Assembly (NCBI GenBank): GCA_964249695.1
Contig: CAXUDF010000001.1
Span: 43,901 to 107,900, forward strand
Direction of reading: 5' to 3'
DNA length: 64,000 nucleotides
Origin: an uncultured Acidobacteriaceae bacterium
Lineage (GTDB): Bacteria > Acidobacteriota > Terriglobia > Terriglobales > Acidobacteriaceae
In this document: positions 18,208 through 27,781 of the stretch, one piece after another
Position numbering within the stretch: position 1 is the stretch's first letter
How the letters are laid out: every line of letters begins with the position of its first letter
Made by a program: the position numbers and the translations under genes
Notes under the pieces: generated by a model
Told to the model about the DNA's origin: nothing
The model's input: the letters and a program-made list of their open reading frames with translations, nothing else
Databases searched by the model: none

Positions 18208-20367
18208 TTGGAGATTTTAACGAAATGGCTGCGCAGCTACCTGCCCGCGCTGCCGGTCGAGGACGCACAGCTGGCCGAAGACCTGACCCTGCGCGGCATC
18301 GCGGTCGAGGGCATCTTTCCGGCAGCATGCGGTGGTTCGCGGTTCGAAATGGACATCACCACCAACCGCGTCGATGCGATGAACCACTACGGCGTGGCCC
18401 GCGAGGCAGCGGCGATCTATGATCTGGAGTTACGTGATCTGGAGTTACGTGATCTGGCGCTGCGTGATTTGCCGCTGATCGGCATGGAAGCTGCCGCCGG
18501 CGACCCATTTCCAGTCCGGATCGAGGCGCCGGATCTTTGCGGGCGCTTCACGGCACGGGTCATTCGCGACGTTGCGGTGAAACCGGCTTCCGGGCAGATC
18601 GCTGAATACTTTGCGTCTCTGGGGCAAAAGCCGATCTCCGGGCCGGTGGATGCGACCAACTTCGGCTGGCTCGCGATGGGGCAGCCGACGCATGTTTTCG
18701 ATCTGGACACCCTCGAAGGCGGGATCGTCGTACGGCGGGCGCAGGCGGGCGAGCGGCTGCGGCTGCTCGACGGCACCGAACGCACCTTGACGGCAGACGA
18801 TCTTGTCGTGGCCGACGCACGCAAGGCGCTTAGTTTGGCAGGGGTGATGGGCGGTTGGGATTCGCGGGTGACCGCCGCGACGAAGAACATCCTGGTCGAA
18901 GCCGCGTGGTTCGATCCCGCAGCTATCCGCGCCAGCTCGCGGCGCCACGGCCTGCACACGGACGCCTCGCACCGCTTCGAGCGCGGGGCAGACTTCAACG
19001 CCGCGCCCTCCGCGAATGATTTCGTCACCGGGCTTGTGATCGAGCAGGCCGGGGGCATCGTGACCGGGCCGCTGACCGATGCCGTCGTGCCGGAGATCGC
19101 GGCGGCGACCGCCGGCCGTGACCGCATCGTGCTGCGCGTGCGCGAGGTGCAACGGCTCCTCGGCACAACGCTCGAAGACGCGGTGATCGCGACCGGCGAG
19201 CGCACCTCAGGGCTGAATGAGGCGATTGTGGCCCAGTACCTGACCGCTCTCGGTTGCGCCCTGGAGCCGATCGGCGAAACCACCGGCGAGTTTGCCGTGC
19301 GGCTGCCCAGTTGGCGGCTGGACCTCCAGCGTGAGATCGACCTGATCGAGGAGATCGCCCGCGTGTACGGGTACAACCGTTTCGCGAACACGCTGCCTGG
19401 CTGGGCGGGCGAGGTGGGGGAGCAGCCCCACAAGCGGCAGGAGCAGGCGATCCGCGGCACCCTGCGCGCGCTGGGGTACACGGAGGCCATCTCCTCCACC
19501 TTCGTTTCGGCGGCCGAGGCGGATTTCTTCCTTCCCGGGCATGCCGGTGGGGCGGTGGCGCTCGGCAATCCGCTTAGCGAAGAGGCCGGCAGCCTGCGGC
19601 CGTCGCTGGTGCCCGGCATGGCGGGCATGCTCGCGCGCAACCTGGCCCGCGGGTTGGCTACGGTGCGTCTGTTTGAGCTGGGGACCGTCTTCACGGGATC
19701 ACCGGCGGAGGTCTTCGAGCAGCCGGCCCTGGCGCTGGGCGCGCTGGGCGGCGGGGAGGCGGGAACGCTGCACCGCCCTGCAGATGCCCTCTTTTTCGAG
19801 ATGAAAGGCGCGCTCGAGGGGCTGCTGTCCCGCTTCGCCGGCGATCTGCGCTTTGAGCCCGGCACAGCGGAAAATCCCTTGCCGCGGTGGGTTGAGCCCG
19901 GCCGCGGGGCGCGCGCCACCCTGAACGGAGAGGCCGTGGCTGTTTTCGGCGAATTGCGTGCCGCGGAGCGGGAGGCGCGGAAGCTACGGGAATCCGCCAC
20001 ATTTGCCGCGATCGACGCCGCGCTGCTCTTCCGCACGCCGCTGCGCCAGCCCGCCCTGCGCGAGCTTTCCCGTTTTCAGGCGGCCGAGCGTGATCTTTCC
20101 TTCATCTTTCCCGATGGGATCTCGTGGAGCGCCGTCGAAGGCGCGGCACGCGCCCTGGCGATTGCAGAACTGCAGCGGCTCGCGCCGCTGGAGATCTTCC
20201 GCGATCCGAAGGGCAAAGCCGTGCCGGCGGGCAGCTATTCGCTGCTGATGCGGCTCGTCTTCCAATCCCCCCACCGCACGCTCACCGACGAAGACCTGAG
20301 CGGCTGGTCGGCGCGGGTGGTAACCGCGTGGACGGAGCTGGGAGGCATCCAGCGCGCGCCGGAATGA
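18208..20367 (+). CDS. pheT: Phenylalanine--tRNA ligase beta subunit (short form apparently lacking the B2 OB domain)
   Basis: DITTNRVD, GQPTHVFD, LAGVMGG, TDASHRFERG, DLIEEIARVYGY, C-terminal FDX-ACB (RDLSF...RTLTD). Confidence 0.95.
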   Translation: MEILTKWLRSYLPALPVEDAQLAEDLTLRGIAVEGIFPAACGGSRFEMDITTNRVDAMNHYGVAREAAAIYDLELRDLELRDLALRDLPLIGMEAAAGDPFPVRIEAPDLCGRFTARVIRDVAVKPASGQIAEYFASLGQKPISGPVDATNFGWLAMGQPTHVFDLDTLEGGIVVRRAQAGERLRLLDGTERTLTADDLVVADARKALSLAGVMGGWDSRVTAATKNILVEAAWFDPAAIRASSRRHGLHTDASHRFERGADFNAAPSANDFVTGLVIEQAGGIVTGPLTDAVVPEIAAATAGRDRIVLRVREVQRLLGTTLEDAVIATGERTSGLNEAIVAQYLTALGCALEPIGETTGEFAVRLPSWRLDLQREIDLIEEIARVYGYNRFANTLPGWAGEVGEQPHKRQEQAIRGTLRALGYTEAISSTFVSAAEADFFLPGHAGGAVALGNPLSEEAGSLRPSLVPGMAGMLARNLARGLATVRLFELGTVFTGSPAEVFEQPALALGALGGGEAGTLHRPADALFFEMKGALEGLLSRFAGDLRFEPGTAENPLPRWVEPGRGARATLNGEAVAVFGELRAAEREARKLRESATFAAIDAALLFRTPLRQPALRELSRFQAAERDLSFIFPDGISWSAVEGAARALAIAELQRLAPLEIFRDPKGKAVPAGSYSLLMRLVFQSPHRTLTDEDLSGWSARVVTAWTELGGIQRAPE

Positions 20368-20600
20368 TTGCATGATTTGCAACCCTGAGCACCCCGGGCG
20401 TGTTTTCGGGCTTCTTAGGGTCTAGTAGGTTTGTTGAGGCATTCGCAACGGTTCGTTGGGAATACCGTCCACGAATCCACGGCAGAAATCGCTATACTGC
20501 AACCGGATTCGGAAACTGGATTCGGGGACATCGTTTCAAGGGTCACATAGCTGGGATCATAGCTGGGATCACAGATGGGGGAACCGCCGGAGGGGCGCAA

Positions 20601-20942
20601 GTGGACAGCGAGGGTCGAAGCGACGCCGCACAAAGGGGAGAGAACGGATCACCCGGCGGTTCGGGTGGCGGCTCCGGCATCAGTGCGGATGAGTTTCAGG
20701 CCCTTGAAGGCAAGGTGCTGCAGGCGGTGGAGATGATTCGGCGGGAGCGGGATGCGCGCTCCGCCGTGGAAGCCGAGCGCAATGCCGCCCAGGCGGAGGT
20801 CGCCGTGCTGCACGAGCGGCTGGCTTCCCTCGAAGAGGCCAACAGCACGGCGCGTACGGAGCTGGAAGGCTTTCATCGCGAGCGCGATGCCGTACGCAAG
20901 GGCGTCGAGCGCATGCTCGCGCAGATAGATGAGCTTTTATAA
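20601..20942 (+). CDS. ZapB-like coiled-coil protein
   Basis: GTG start after GGAGGG SD; heptad coiled coil ending VERMLAQIDELL; position between pheT and zapA. Confidence 0.65.
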   Translation: MDSEGRSDAAQRGENGSPGGSGGGSGISADEFQALEGKVLQAVEMIRRERDARSAVEAERNAAQAEVAVLHERLASLEEANSTARTELEGFHRERDAVRKGVERMLAQIDELL

Positions 20943-21007
20943 GCTGCAGGGTTTGTTCGACTTGCCGGTGTGCGGATGCCGGTTTTGGGGATAGGTAAGG
21001 GAGACGC

Positions 21008-21388
21008 GTGGCAGAGCAAGGGAATGCAGGAAAGACCGCGGCCGAGTTGTCGCGGGCAGAGTTGGCGGCGCGCGAAGCAGGCGCGGTGGTGGTGGAAATT
21101 TACGACCAGGTATACCAGTTGCGCGGCACCGACCCCGCGTACATTGAGCGGCTGGCGGCTCTGGTGGATAAAAAGATGCGTGCCGTCTCCGCCCATGGCG
21201 CGACCGTCGATTCGCTGCGTGTCGCCGTGTTGGCGGCGTTGAACATCGCAGACGAGTTGGTCGCGCTGCGGGCCCATTTCGAGACGCTGAACGGCAGCCT
21301 GAACCAGGCGCAAAGCAACGTGCGCACGCGGACGGGCTCGCTCGCGGGCATGCTGGATGAGGTGCTGGCAGAGCGCAAGGCTGGCTAA
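21008..21388 (+). CDS. zapA: Cell division protein ZapA
   Basis: VEIYDQVYQLRG, LAALVDKKMR, AVLAALNIADEL. Confidence 0.92.
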   Translation: MAEQGNAGKTAAELSRAELAAREAGAVVVEIYDQVYQLRGTDPAYIERLAALVDKKMRAVSAHGATVDSLRVAVLAALNIADELVALRAHFETLNGSLNQAQSNVRTRTGSLAGMLDEVLAERKAG

Positions 21389-21423
21389 GCTCATGCCTGT
21401 CTTCCCCGACGCATCACGGTTCG

Positions 21424-23022
21424 CTAACGGCGTACCGCATCGAAGGGCAAAAAGAGCGCGAACACCGTGCCGTGATGACCTTCGCGGCGGGAGCTGCGCA
21501 CGCGTAGGGTGCCGTTGTGCCGGTCCACGATCTCTTTGCTGACCCACAGCCCCAGACCCGTGCCGCCGATGCCCTTTGTGGTGTAAAACGCTTCAAAGAC
21601 CTTCGCCAGCGTTTGGGCAGACATACCGTGGCCCGTGTCGGCGACCGTCAGCGTGATACCTCTTTGGCCGGTTTTCCAGTTATGGGCGTCGCGGCTCCGA
21701 AGCAGCATGCGCCCGCCGTCCGGATGCATGGCGTCGATGGCATTGCCGACCAGATTGCTCAGCACCTGCCGGATTTCGCCTTCAAAACACTCGACCGGAT
21801 AGCAGGCCCGCTTCCGTTTTTCCACGCGGATGCGGGAGTTGACCAAACGTCCCTGGTAGATGGAAAGCACACCGGAGAACAGTTCCAGGCACGTAACGGC
21901 AGTGGCATCGGTGGATTGCTTGTAAAAACGCAGAGTTTGATTGCTGATCACAGAAACACGGCGCAACTCACGCTCGGCTGTTTCGAGGTAGCTTTGCGTC
22001 TCCTCGACATTTTGGCTGCGCCGTGCAAGGTAGAGCAGGTTGGTTACCGATTCGAGCGGATTGTTGATCTCATGGGCGATGGAAGCAGCCAAACGGCCAA
22101 CGGCAGCCAGCTTTTCCGTTTGCATCAGCGCTGCTGTTGAGCGCTTGAGCTCTGAGATATCTCGTGAAAACGTCACGATGCCGCTTTTCGTCGGGTACAC
22201 GTCCAGGGCAAGCCAGATATTGAGCGGGTCAGGGTAGTGGGCTTCAAAATGACCGGGAATGCCCTCATCCATCGCCCGGTAGTAGTGCTCCACAAAGGGG
22301 GAACCCTCATACAGAGCATCTGGAAAAGCTTCCCACACCGTTTGTTTCGCTCGCTCCCGGCTCGGACCATACATGGCCTCGGCCTTTGGATTGAAGTACG
22401 TAAATTTCCAGTCCCGGTCCACGCTGACCACGGCGTCGTTTGTGGCTTCAAGCACCTGCCTCAGCTCTTCGGTGCTTTCTGCCAACTTCCTGGCGGAAAC
22501 AAAAGCATTCGTGACATCCTGGCCTGTCACCAGGACGCCTTCGGTACGGCCGGACGCCCCGAAGATGGGACTGTAGCTATAAGTCCAGTAAACGTCTTCT
22601 AAAACGCCATTTCGCTCGACGGGTACCAGCCAATTTTCGAAGAATAGCGATCGTCCCTGCTCCATGACGGTACGAACCTGGGCTCCGACGAGATCCCAGG
22701 CCTCCCGCCAGCACTCTTTCGCGAGCTGTCCGAGGCCCCCTGGATGCTTGTTTGCCATCAACGGCCGGTAACCGTCGTTGTAAAACTGGAGACCGTCGCC
22801 CTCCCACCAGATTGCCGTTGGAAAGCCGCAGCCGAGCATCAGGTTTACAGCACTCCGCAGGCTTTCCGGCCAGTGCTCGATCGAACCGACCGGGGTGGTG
22901 TTCCAGTCGAACGCGCGAATCAACTCCGCCATCTGTGACTCGCCATGAATGAGGCGGGAAGCCGGCGGGGAGCCAGGAAAAGGAGCTGGATTCTGGTCGA
23001 TCAACGGAAAGGCCGATTCCAA
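21424..23022 (-). CDS. PAS-domain sensor histidine kinase
   Basis: FDWNTTPVG N-terminus, two PAS-like domains, H-box AHEINNPL, NLVGNA, DTGHG, GTGLGL; no adjacent response regulator. Confidence 0.9.
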   Translation of the reverse strand: MESAFPLIDQNPAPFPGSPPASRLIHGESQMAELIRAFDWNTTPVGSIEHWPESLRSAVNLMLGCGFPTAIWWEGDGLQFYNDGYRPLMANKHPGGLGQLAKECWREAWDLVGAQVRTVMEQGRSLFFENWLVPVERNGVLEDVYWTYSYSPIFGASGRTEGVLVTGQDVTNAFVSARKLAESTEELRQVLEATNDAVVSVDRDWKFTYFNPKAEAMYGPSRERAKQTVWEAFPDALYEGSPFVEHYYRAMDEGIPGHFEAHYPDPLNIWLALDVYPTKSGIVTFSRDISELKRSTAALMQTEKLAAVGRLAASIAHEINNPLESVTNLLYLARRSQNVEETQSYLETAERELRRVSVISNQTLRFYKQSTDATAVTCLELFSGVLSIYQGRLVNSRIRVEKRKRACYPVECFEGEIRQVLSNLVGNAIDAMHPDGGRMLLRSRDAHNWKTGQRGITLTVADTGHGMSAQTLAKVFEAFYTTKGIGGTGLGLWVSKEIVDRHNGTLRVRSSRREGHHGTVFALFLPFDAVRR

Positions 23023-23244
23023 TGAGGTACTCGAGATCAGAAATATCTTATCAAACGCGTCTTTTCAAACGCGTCATTCCCCTGCAGTGTCCACGGCGCG
23101 GTTCGAGGACTCCAGAATATTTCCCGGATTGCGCGCCCCATCCATGGAATTCCAAAACGGGACTCATCCGCTGTCCTAAGTCGCGACATAGGCATCTTTT
23201 CGCTTGCTTCCCTTGTCTTGGTCCTGGGATGATGGGCCGTCTCC

Positions 23245-24354
23245 ATGGAGGGCTCCATGCGATCGCGTGTGTTCTTTGTCGTCCTGTTGTTGTTGTCTTT
23301 GTCCCTGGCCACCCGTGTTCCGTTGCGTGGGCAGGCTGTTGTGGCCCCGCCGGCAAATGCGCCTGGGTATACCGCTGACCCGCAGTTCATCGACGCGATG
23401 GCGCAGGCGAAGAAGCTCGTCACGCATCATCAGTTTGCGTTTGCGGCGGATAGTTACAAGAAGGCGAACAAGCTTGCCGACGGCAAGTGCGTGGACTGCC
23501 TCAGAGGGATGTACACGGCCTTGATGGATGGCGGCAGCTACAAAGACGCCGCCAACGCCGCGTCCGCGATGGAAGCGATCGCGGCCACGCCGGATAGCAA
23601 ATCCGCCGCGGAATACCGGCACGCCATGGCGGTCTATGAGGGTGCGGGGAGCAAGCCCAAACCGGACAAGCTGCAAGCCGCCCATGGATTGCTTCAGGAG
23701 GCCCTCGGCAACTATCCGAAGAACGCGGCGGCACTGTTTTTGGACGGCAAGGTCCTTGCCCAGCTCGGCAGGATGGACGAGGCCAAAACGGCGTTCACGC
23801 AATGCGTGCAATGTGCCAGCGCGCAAGACCCGGCCCATCTGCGGGCGGAGCACTTCGCCGCGGATCCGGAGCTTTCTTTGCACAAGATGGCGCCGTCCTT
23901 CGAAGTCACTGCGCTCGACGGCTCGCAATTCAACCTGGATGCCATGGGCGGTCGTGTGGTCTTGATCGATTTTTGGGCGACGTGGTGCGGCCCGTGCAAT
24001 GCCGAGCTGCCGCACATGAAGAAGATCGCTCAGGAGTTCGCGGGCCAACCGTTGGTCATCATCAGCGTGAGTTGGGACGCGGATGAGGCCAAATGGAAGG
24101 CATTTCTGGCAAAGAACGAAATGACCTGGGTGCAGTACCGCGATGCCGACCACAAGCTGAGCGAGCAGTTCGGGGTGCAGGCCATTCCGCACTACTTCAC
24201 CATCGATTCCGATGGGGTGTTGACGGCGGAGATGATGGGTTCAGGGTCGGATGTGGAGGGCAAACTGAAAAAGCTGCTCGCCAAAGCACGGGAATCCCGG
24301 AAGGAGACAGCCACGGCAGCCACACAGGCAACTTTGCCGGCACCGGGAAACTGA
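23245..24354 (+). CDS. TPR-containing TlpA/redoxin disulfide reductase
   Basis: Signal peptide, helical TPR-like region, [10 protein letters not shown]. Confidence 0.88.
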   Translation: MEGSMRSRVFFVVLLLLSLSLATRVPLRGQAVVAPPANAPGYTADPQFIDAMAQAKKLVTHHQFAFAADSYKKANKLADGKCVDCLRGMYTALMDGGSYKDAANAASAMEAIAATPDSKSAAEYRHAMAVYEGAGSKPKPDKLQAAHGLLQEALGNYPKNAAALFLDGKVLAQLGRMDEAKTAFTQCVQCASAQDPAHLRAEHFAADPELSLHKMAPSFEVTALDGSQFNLDAMGGRVVLIDFWATWCGPCNAELPHMKKIAQEFAGQPLVIISVSWDADEAKWKAFLAKNEMTWVQYRDADHKLSEQFGVQAIPHYFTIDSDGVLTAEMMGSGSDVEGKLKKLLAKARESRKETATAATQATLPAPGN

Positions 24355-24486
24355 GCGGGGATTGCAGCGGGTGCCGCTCCATCCAGTCAGTGCAGATCCA
24401 GTCAGTCCGGCGACTCCGCGCCTTCGTACACTCGCAGTGCAGCCGCGCCTGGGCAAATGGCGTCCTAGCTGAAGGGAGATCGCACT

Positions 24487-25326
24487 GTGGACAAGGTGGA
24501 GATTGCGGACGATCAAGTGGTGCCCATGGGGGCGATTGCGCCGGGGCTGCAGGGGCTGAAGATTACCTTTGTGAACGTGTTTGGCGTCACGCACGAGGAC
24601 GGGAGCTGGACGCTGATCGATGCGGCGATCCCATTTTCGGCGAGTCGCATACGGCTTTGGACGGAGACGACCTTCGGCCGCCCGCCAAACGCCATCGTGC
24701 TGACGCATGGGCACTTTGACCATGCCGGCACAGCCAAGGAGCTCGCAGAGGCATGGGATGTGCCGATCTATGCGCATCCCCTGGAGTTTCCCTACCTGGC
24801 CGGGCAAAAAGAATATCCGGCGCCGGACTGGAAGGCGGGGGGCGGGGTGATGCCCTTGCTTTCACCGACGCTGCCGCGCGGTCCCATCGATCTCGGTTCA
24901 CGGCTGAAGCCTTTGCCGGGCGAAGGCGTGGAGTTGAGTTTGGCGGAACTACCCGGCTGGACGCTGCTGCACACCCCCGGCCATACGCCGGGACACGTCA
25001 GTTTCTTCCGCGAAAGCGATAAGACATTGCTGGTGGGCGATGCGTTCTGCACAACCAAGCCCGAGAGTTTTTTCGCCGCAAACTTCTCCCAACCGGCTGA
25101 ATTGCACGGGCCGCCGGCCTATTTCACTTCGGACTGGGGTGCGGCCAAGCGTTCCGTGCGCAAACTGGCGGGGCTTGCTCCCGCAACCGTGGCGCCGGGG
25201 CATGGCAAGCCGCTGGCTGGTGTGGAAGTCGCCGCGGCACTTACAAAACTGGCCGATGATTTTGAGCGCATCGCCATACCGGAAGATGTGAAGGCAGGTA
25301 CACCCGGGGGTGCAACGCATGGGTGA
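24487..25326 (+). CDS. MBL-fold metallo-hydrolase (YflN-like)
   Basis: THGHFDH, HTPGHTPGH, VGDAF, PGHG. Confidence 0.88.
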   Translation: MDKVEIADDQVVPMGAIAPGLQGLKITFVNVFGVTHEDGSWTLIDAAIPFSASRIRLWTETTFGRPPNAIVLTHGHFDHAGTAKELAEAWDVPIYAHPLEFPYLAGQKEYPAPDWKAGGGVMPLLSPTLPRGPIDLGSRLKPLPGEGVELSLAELPGWTLLHTPGHTPGHVSFFRESDKTLLVGDAFCTTKPESFFAANFSQPAELHGPPAYFTSDWGAAKRSVRKLAGLAPATVAPGHGKPLAGVEVAAALTKLADDFERIAIPEDVKAGTPGGATHG

Positions 25327-25337
25327 TGCGGGAGCCC

Positions 25338-25366
25338 TTGCGCATCCGCGCCATGCCCGGTAGCAT
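25338..25366 (+). promoter_or_regulatory. Putative sigma70 promoter of 6S RNA
   Basis: TTGCGC-17 nt-TAGCAT just upstream of the RNA 5' end. Confidence 0.55.
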
Positions 25367-25378
25367 CCGATGCAGAGG

Positions 25379-25568
25379 GACCGGCCTGCAAAGCAGGTAA
25401 GGTGATCCACGCTGGTTGAACCAACATTCATTGAACAGGGATCTCGCTCGTAGATATGGCTCGGTGTGCAGCGTCCGCCAGTCCGGAATGCCTAAAGAGC
25501 CACGGCTGGGTCCCGCCGTCTTAGGACGGGTTCACCGGCGCTTCGCTTTACGGCCCCGTGGGTCGGTC
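25379..25568 (+). ncRNA. ssrS: 6S RNA
   Basis: ~190-nt intergenic rod: terminal GACCGGCCTGC/GTGGGTCGGTC pairing, TGAACC/GGTTCA inner stem, GGGATC/GGTCCC, and CGGTGTGCA...GCCTAAA apical motif resembling Firmicutes-type 6S RNAs; same strand and downstream of zapA. Confidence 0.82.
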
Positions 25569-25585
25569 TTTTCTGCTTAAGCCTT

Positions 25586-26479
25586 TTGCCCCTCATGCCA
25601 TTTTCCTCTGCCGCTGCCGTGGTTTTTGTCTGGCCAGGTTTGCGCTTCGGCATGCTGCGGATAACCGCGTATGGCCTGTGTGCAGCGGTGGGGATGGTGA
25701 TGAGCATGGCGCTCGCCCGGCGACTCGCGCGCCGGCGACCAAACGATTCCCTTACCTTTCTTGACCACGAAGCCGTGTGGGACGCTGGGCTGGTGGCCAT
25801 CATCAGCTGCTTCCTTGCGTCGCGGTTTCTTCTAATCGTTCGCGATCCCATCACGTTTCTGCACTACCCTCTGCTGGTGCTGGCCCTGCCTTCCCTCACC
25901 TATGGCGGGATTGCGGTGGCTACATTGATGGTTTGGGCGCACCTGCGGCGGAAGCGTCTCGCGCTGCTGCCAATGCTGGATCTTTTCGCGATACCCGCTG
26001 TGATCTTGGCAGCCTGGCTGGAACTCGGCCATTGGCTGGAGGGCTCGGAGGCGGGCATGCCGACGACGCGGCGCTGGGGGGTACATCAGCCCTGGGCCTC
26101 CGACCTGCCGGTACATCCGGTGGCACTGTATGGAGCTCTCACCGCGTTGATCTTGGCATGCGCGCTCTGGTTTAGCGAACGCCGGCAGAACCGCGGGCGG
26201 TCGCCAGGGATACCGGGCCGGCTCGCGGCAGCGGCGCTCATAGCGGGCGGGGCCCTGGCGGTTGGCCTCAGTTTTTGCGCGCAGCCACTGCCGTATGTCG
26301 TGACCCCATGGCTTGAGCCCGGCCAGTGGACGGCGCTTGGCGCGATGCTGGCCGGCTCGCTCCTATGGAGCTTTCACCCGCAAGCTCCTTCCGTGCCCGG
26401 AGCCGACTTGGAATGTTTGGCGCGATCGGGGCAGTTCACGGCAGCTTCGGCAGAGTTGCAGCCTGCGGAGGTGCGCTGA
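25586..26479 (+). CDS. Divergent prolipoprotein diacylglyceryl transferase (Lgt-like); start uncertain
   Basis: AYGLC, LASRF, LTYGG, MLDLFA, GMPT...WGV and HPVALY correspond to Lgt motifs; upstream of rluD. Confidence 0.65.
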   Translation: MPLMPFSSAAAVVFVWPGLRFGMLRITAYGLCAAVGMVMSMALARRLARRRPNDSLTFLDHEAVWDAGLVAIISCFLASRFLLIVRDPITFLHYPLLVLALPSLTYGGIAVATLMVWAHLRRKRLALLPMLDLFAIPAVILAAWLELGHWLEGSEAGMPTTRRWGVHQPWASDLPVHPVALYGALTALILACALWFSERRQNRGRSPGIPGRLAAAALIAGGALAVGLSFCAQPLPYVVTPWLEPGQWTALGAMLAGSLLWSFHPQAPSVPGADLECLARSGQFTAASAELQPAEVR

Positions 26480-27774
26480 TGCCTTCGAAGAACATGATTC
26501 CCAAGGGCAAGCGTCGCCAGACGGTGAAGCCGGCCTATCGTGCCCACCGTCAGGCCGAGCGGGATGCCGAGGAGGCTGCGGCCGCGGATGCGCTGGGGGG
26601 CGAAAGTGCCGCGCCCTCCCTCCAGGTGTCCGGCCAGTTCGGTGCTGCGACGCCGCTCCTGGACTCTGCCGAGGCGGACGATCCGCTTGCCTTCGAGATA
26701 GAAGACGAGGTTCGGAGCTTCACCGCGAGTGCCGCCGCCAAGGGCAAGCGCCTCGATGCGTATCTCGCGAAAGCGCTGCCCGAGATCAGCCGCGCCCGGG
26801 TGCAGCTGCTGATCGACCATGGCCAGGTGCGCGTGAACGGGGCCGCGGAAAAGGCGAGCTTGAAGCTTGCCGGCGGCGAACGCCTGGAGATCGACGGCGA
26901 CCCGCAACCCGCGCCCTTGCGGGCTGAACCCGAGGACATTCCGCTCACCATTGCGTACGAAGACGAGGACCTCGCGGTGATCGATAAGCCGGCCGGCATG
27001 ACCGTGCATGCCGGTTCCGGGGACGCGGCGCACAACCGCGGCACGCTGGTCAATGCGCTGTTATTTCACCTTGGCAAGCAGCTCTCCGCGACGGGTGGGG
27101 CGCTGCGCCCGGGCATCGTGCATCGGTTGGATAAAGAAACCAGCGGGCTGTTGCTGGTCGCGAAGAACGATCGCACGCACGCGAAGCTCAGCGAGATGTT
27201 TGCCGCCCGCGAGGTCGAAAAAACGTATTTGGCGCTGGTGCATGGCACGCTGGCGAAGGCCGAAGGCACCGTCACGCTGCCGGTCGGCCGCGATCCCGTG
27301 CGGCGCATCCGCATGACGACGCGGCTGGGCCTGGAGGCTGGAGCGCGGGCGGCCGTCAGCCACTGGCGTGTGTTGGAGCATATCGGTTCCGTCACGCAGC
27401 CCGGACCGTTGGGCAACTTTACCCTCGTGGAGGTACGCATCGAGACTGGTCGCACGCACCAGATTCGCGTGCACCTGGCCGCGCTCGGCCACCCGGTGGT
27501 GGGCGATACACTGTACGGCGCACCGGCGCGGTTGCGTGCCCCGGGACCTGACGCCCACAGCACACGAGCCCGAAAACCCGAGCCTGAGTCCTCACCGACA
27601 TTGGACCGGAACTTCCTGCATGCGGCCGAACTACAATTCACGCACCCTCGCAACGGCCGTCCAATGCACCTCCAGGCTGCCCTGCCGCCGGCATTAGTGA
27701 CGTTTCTCGCGCTGCTTCACGGTAACGCAAGGATCCCGAAGCCAATCGAGGAATCAGAAATCGCAGTACCATAG
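26479..27774 (+). CDS. rluD: RluA-family pseudouridine synthase (RluD-like)
   Basis: S4-like RLDAYLA, IDKPAGM, GIVHRLDKETSG, TGRTHQIRVH, GDTLYG, LHA. Confidence 0.9.
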   Translation: MPSKNMIPKGKRRQTVKPAYRAHRQAERDAEEAAAADALGGESAAPSLQVSGQFGAATPLLDSAEADDPLAFEIEDEVRSFTASAAAKGKRLDAYLAKALPEISRARVQLLIDHGQVRVNGAAEKASLKLAGGERLEIDGDPQPAPLRAEPEDIPLTIAYEDEDLAVIDKPAGMTVHAGSGDAAHNRGTLVNALLFHLGKQLSATGGALRPGIVHRLDKETSGLLLVAKNDRTHAKLSEMFAAREVEKTYLALVHGTLAKAEGTVTLPVGRDPVRRIRMTTRLGLEAGARAAVSHWRVLEHIGSVTQPGPLGNFTLVEVRIETGRTHQIRVHLAALGHPVVGDTLYGAPARLRAPGPDAHSTRARKPEPESSPTLDRNFLHAAELQFTHPRNGRPMHLQAALPPALVTFLALLHGNARIPKPIEESEIAVP

Positions 27775-27781
27775 AAGCGAG

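Noticed and set aside
18417-20036. Long antisense ORFs (also 38713-40416, 33296-34684, 14756-16258)
   Set aside because: Typical high-GC shadow frames opposite well-supported genes.
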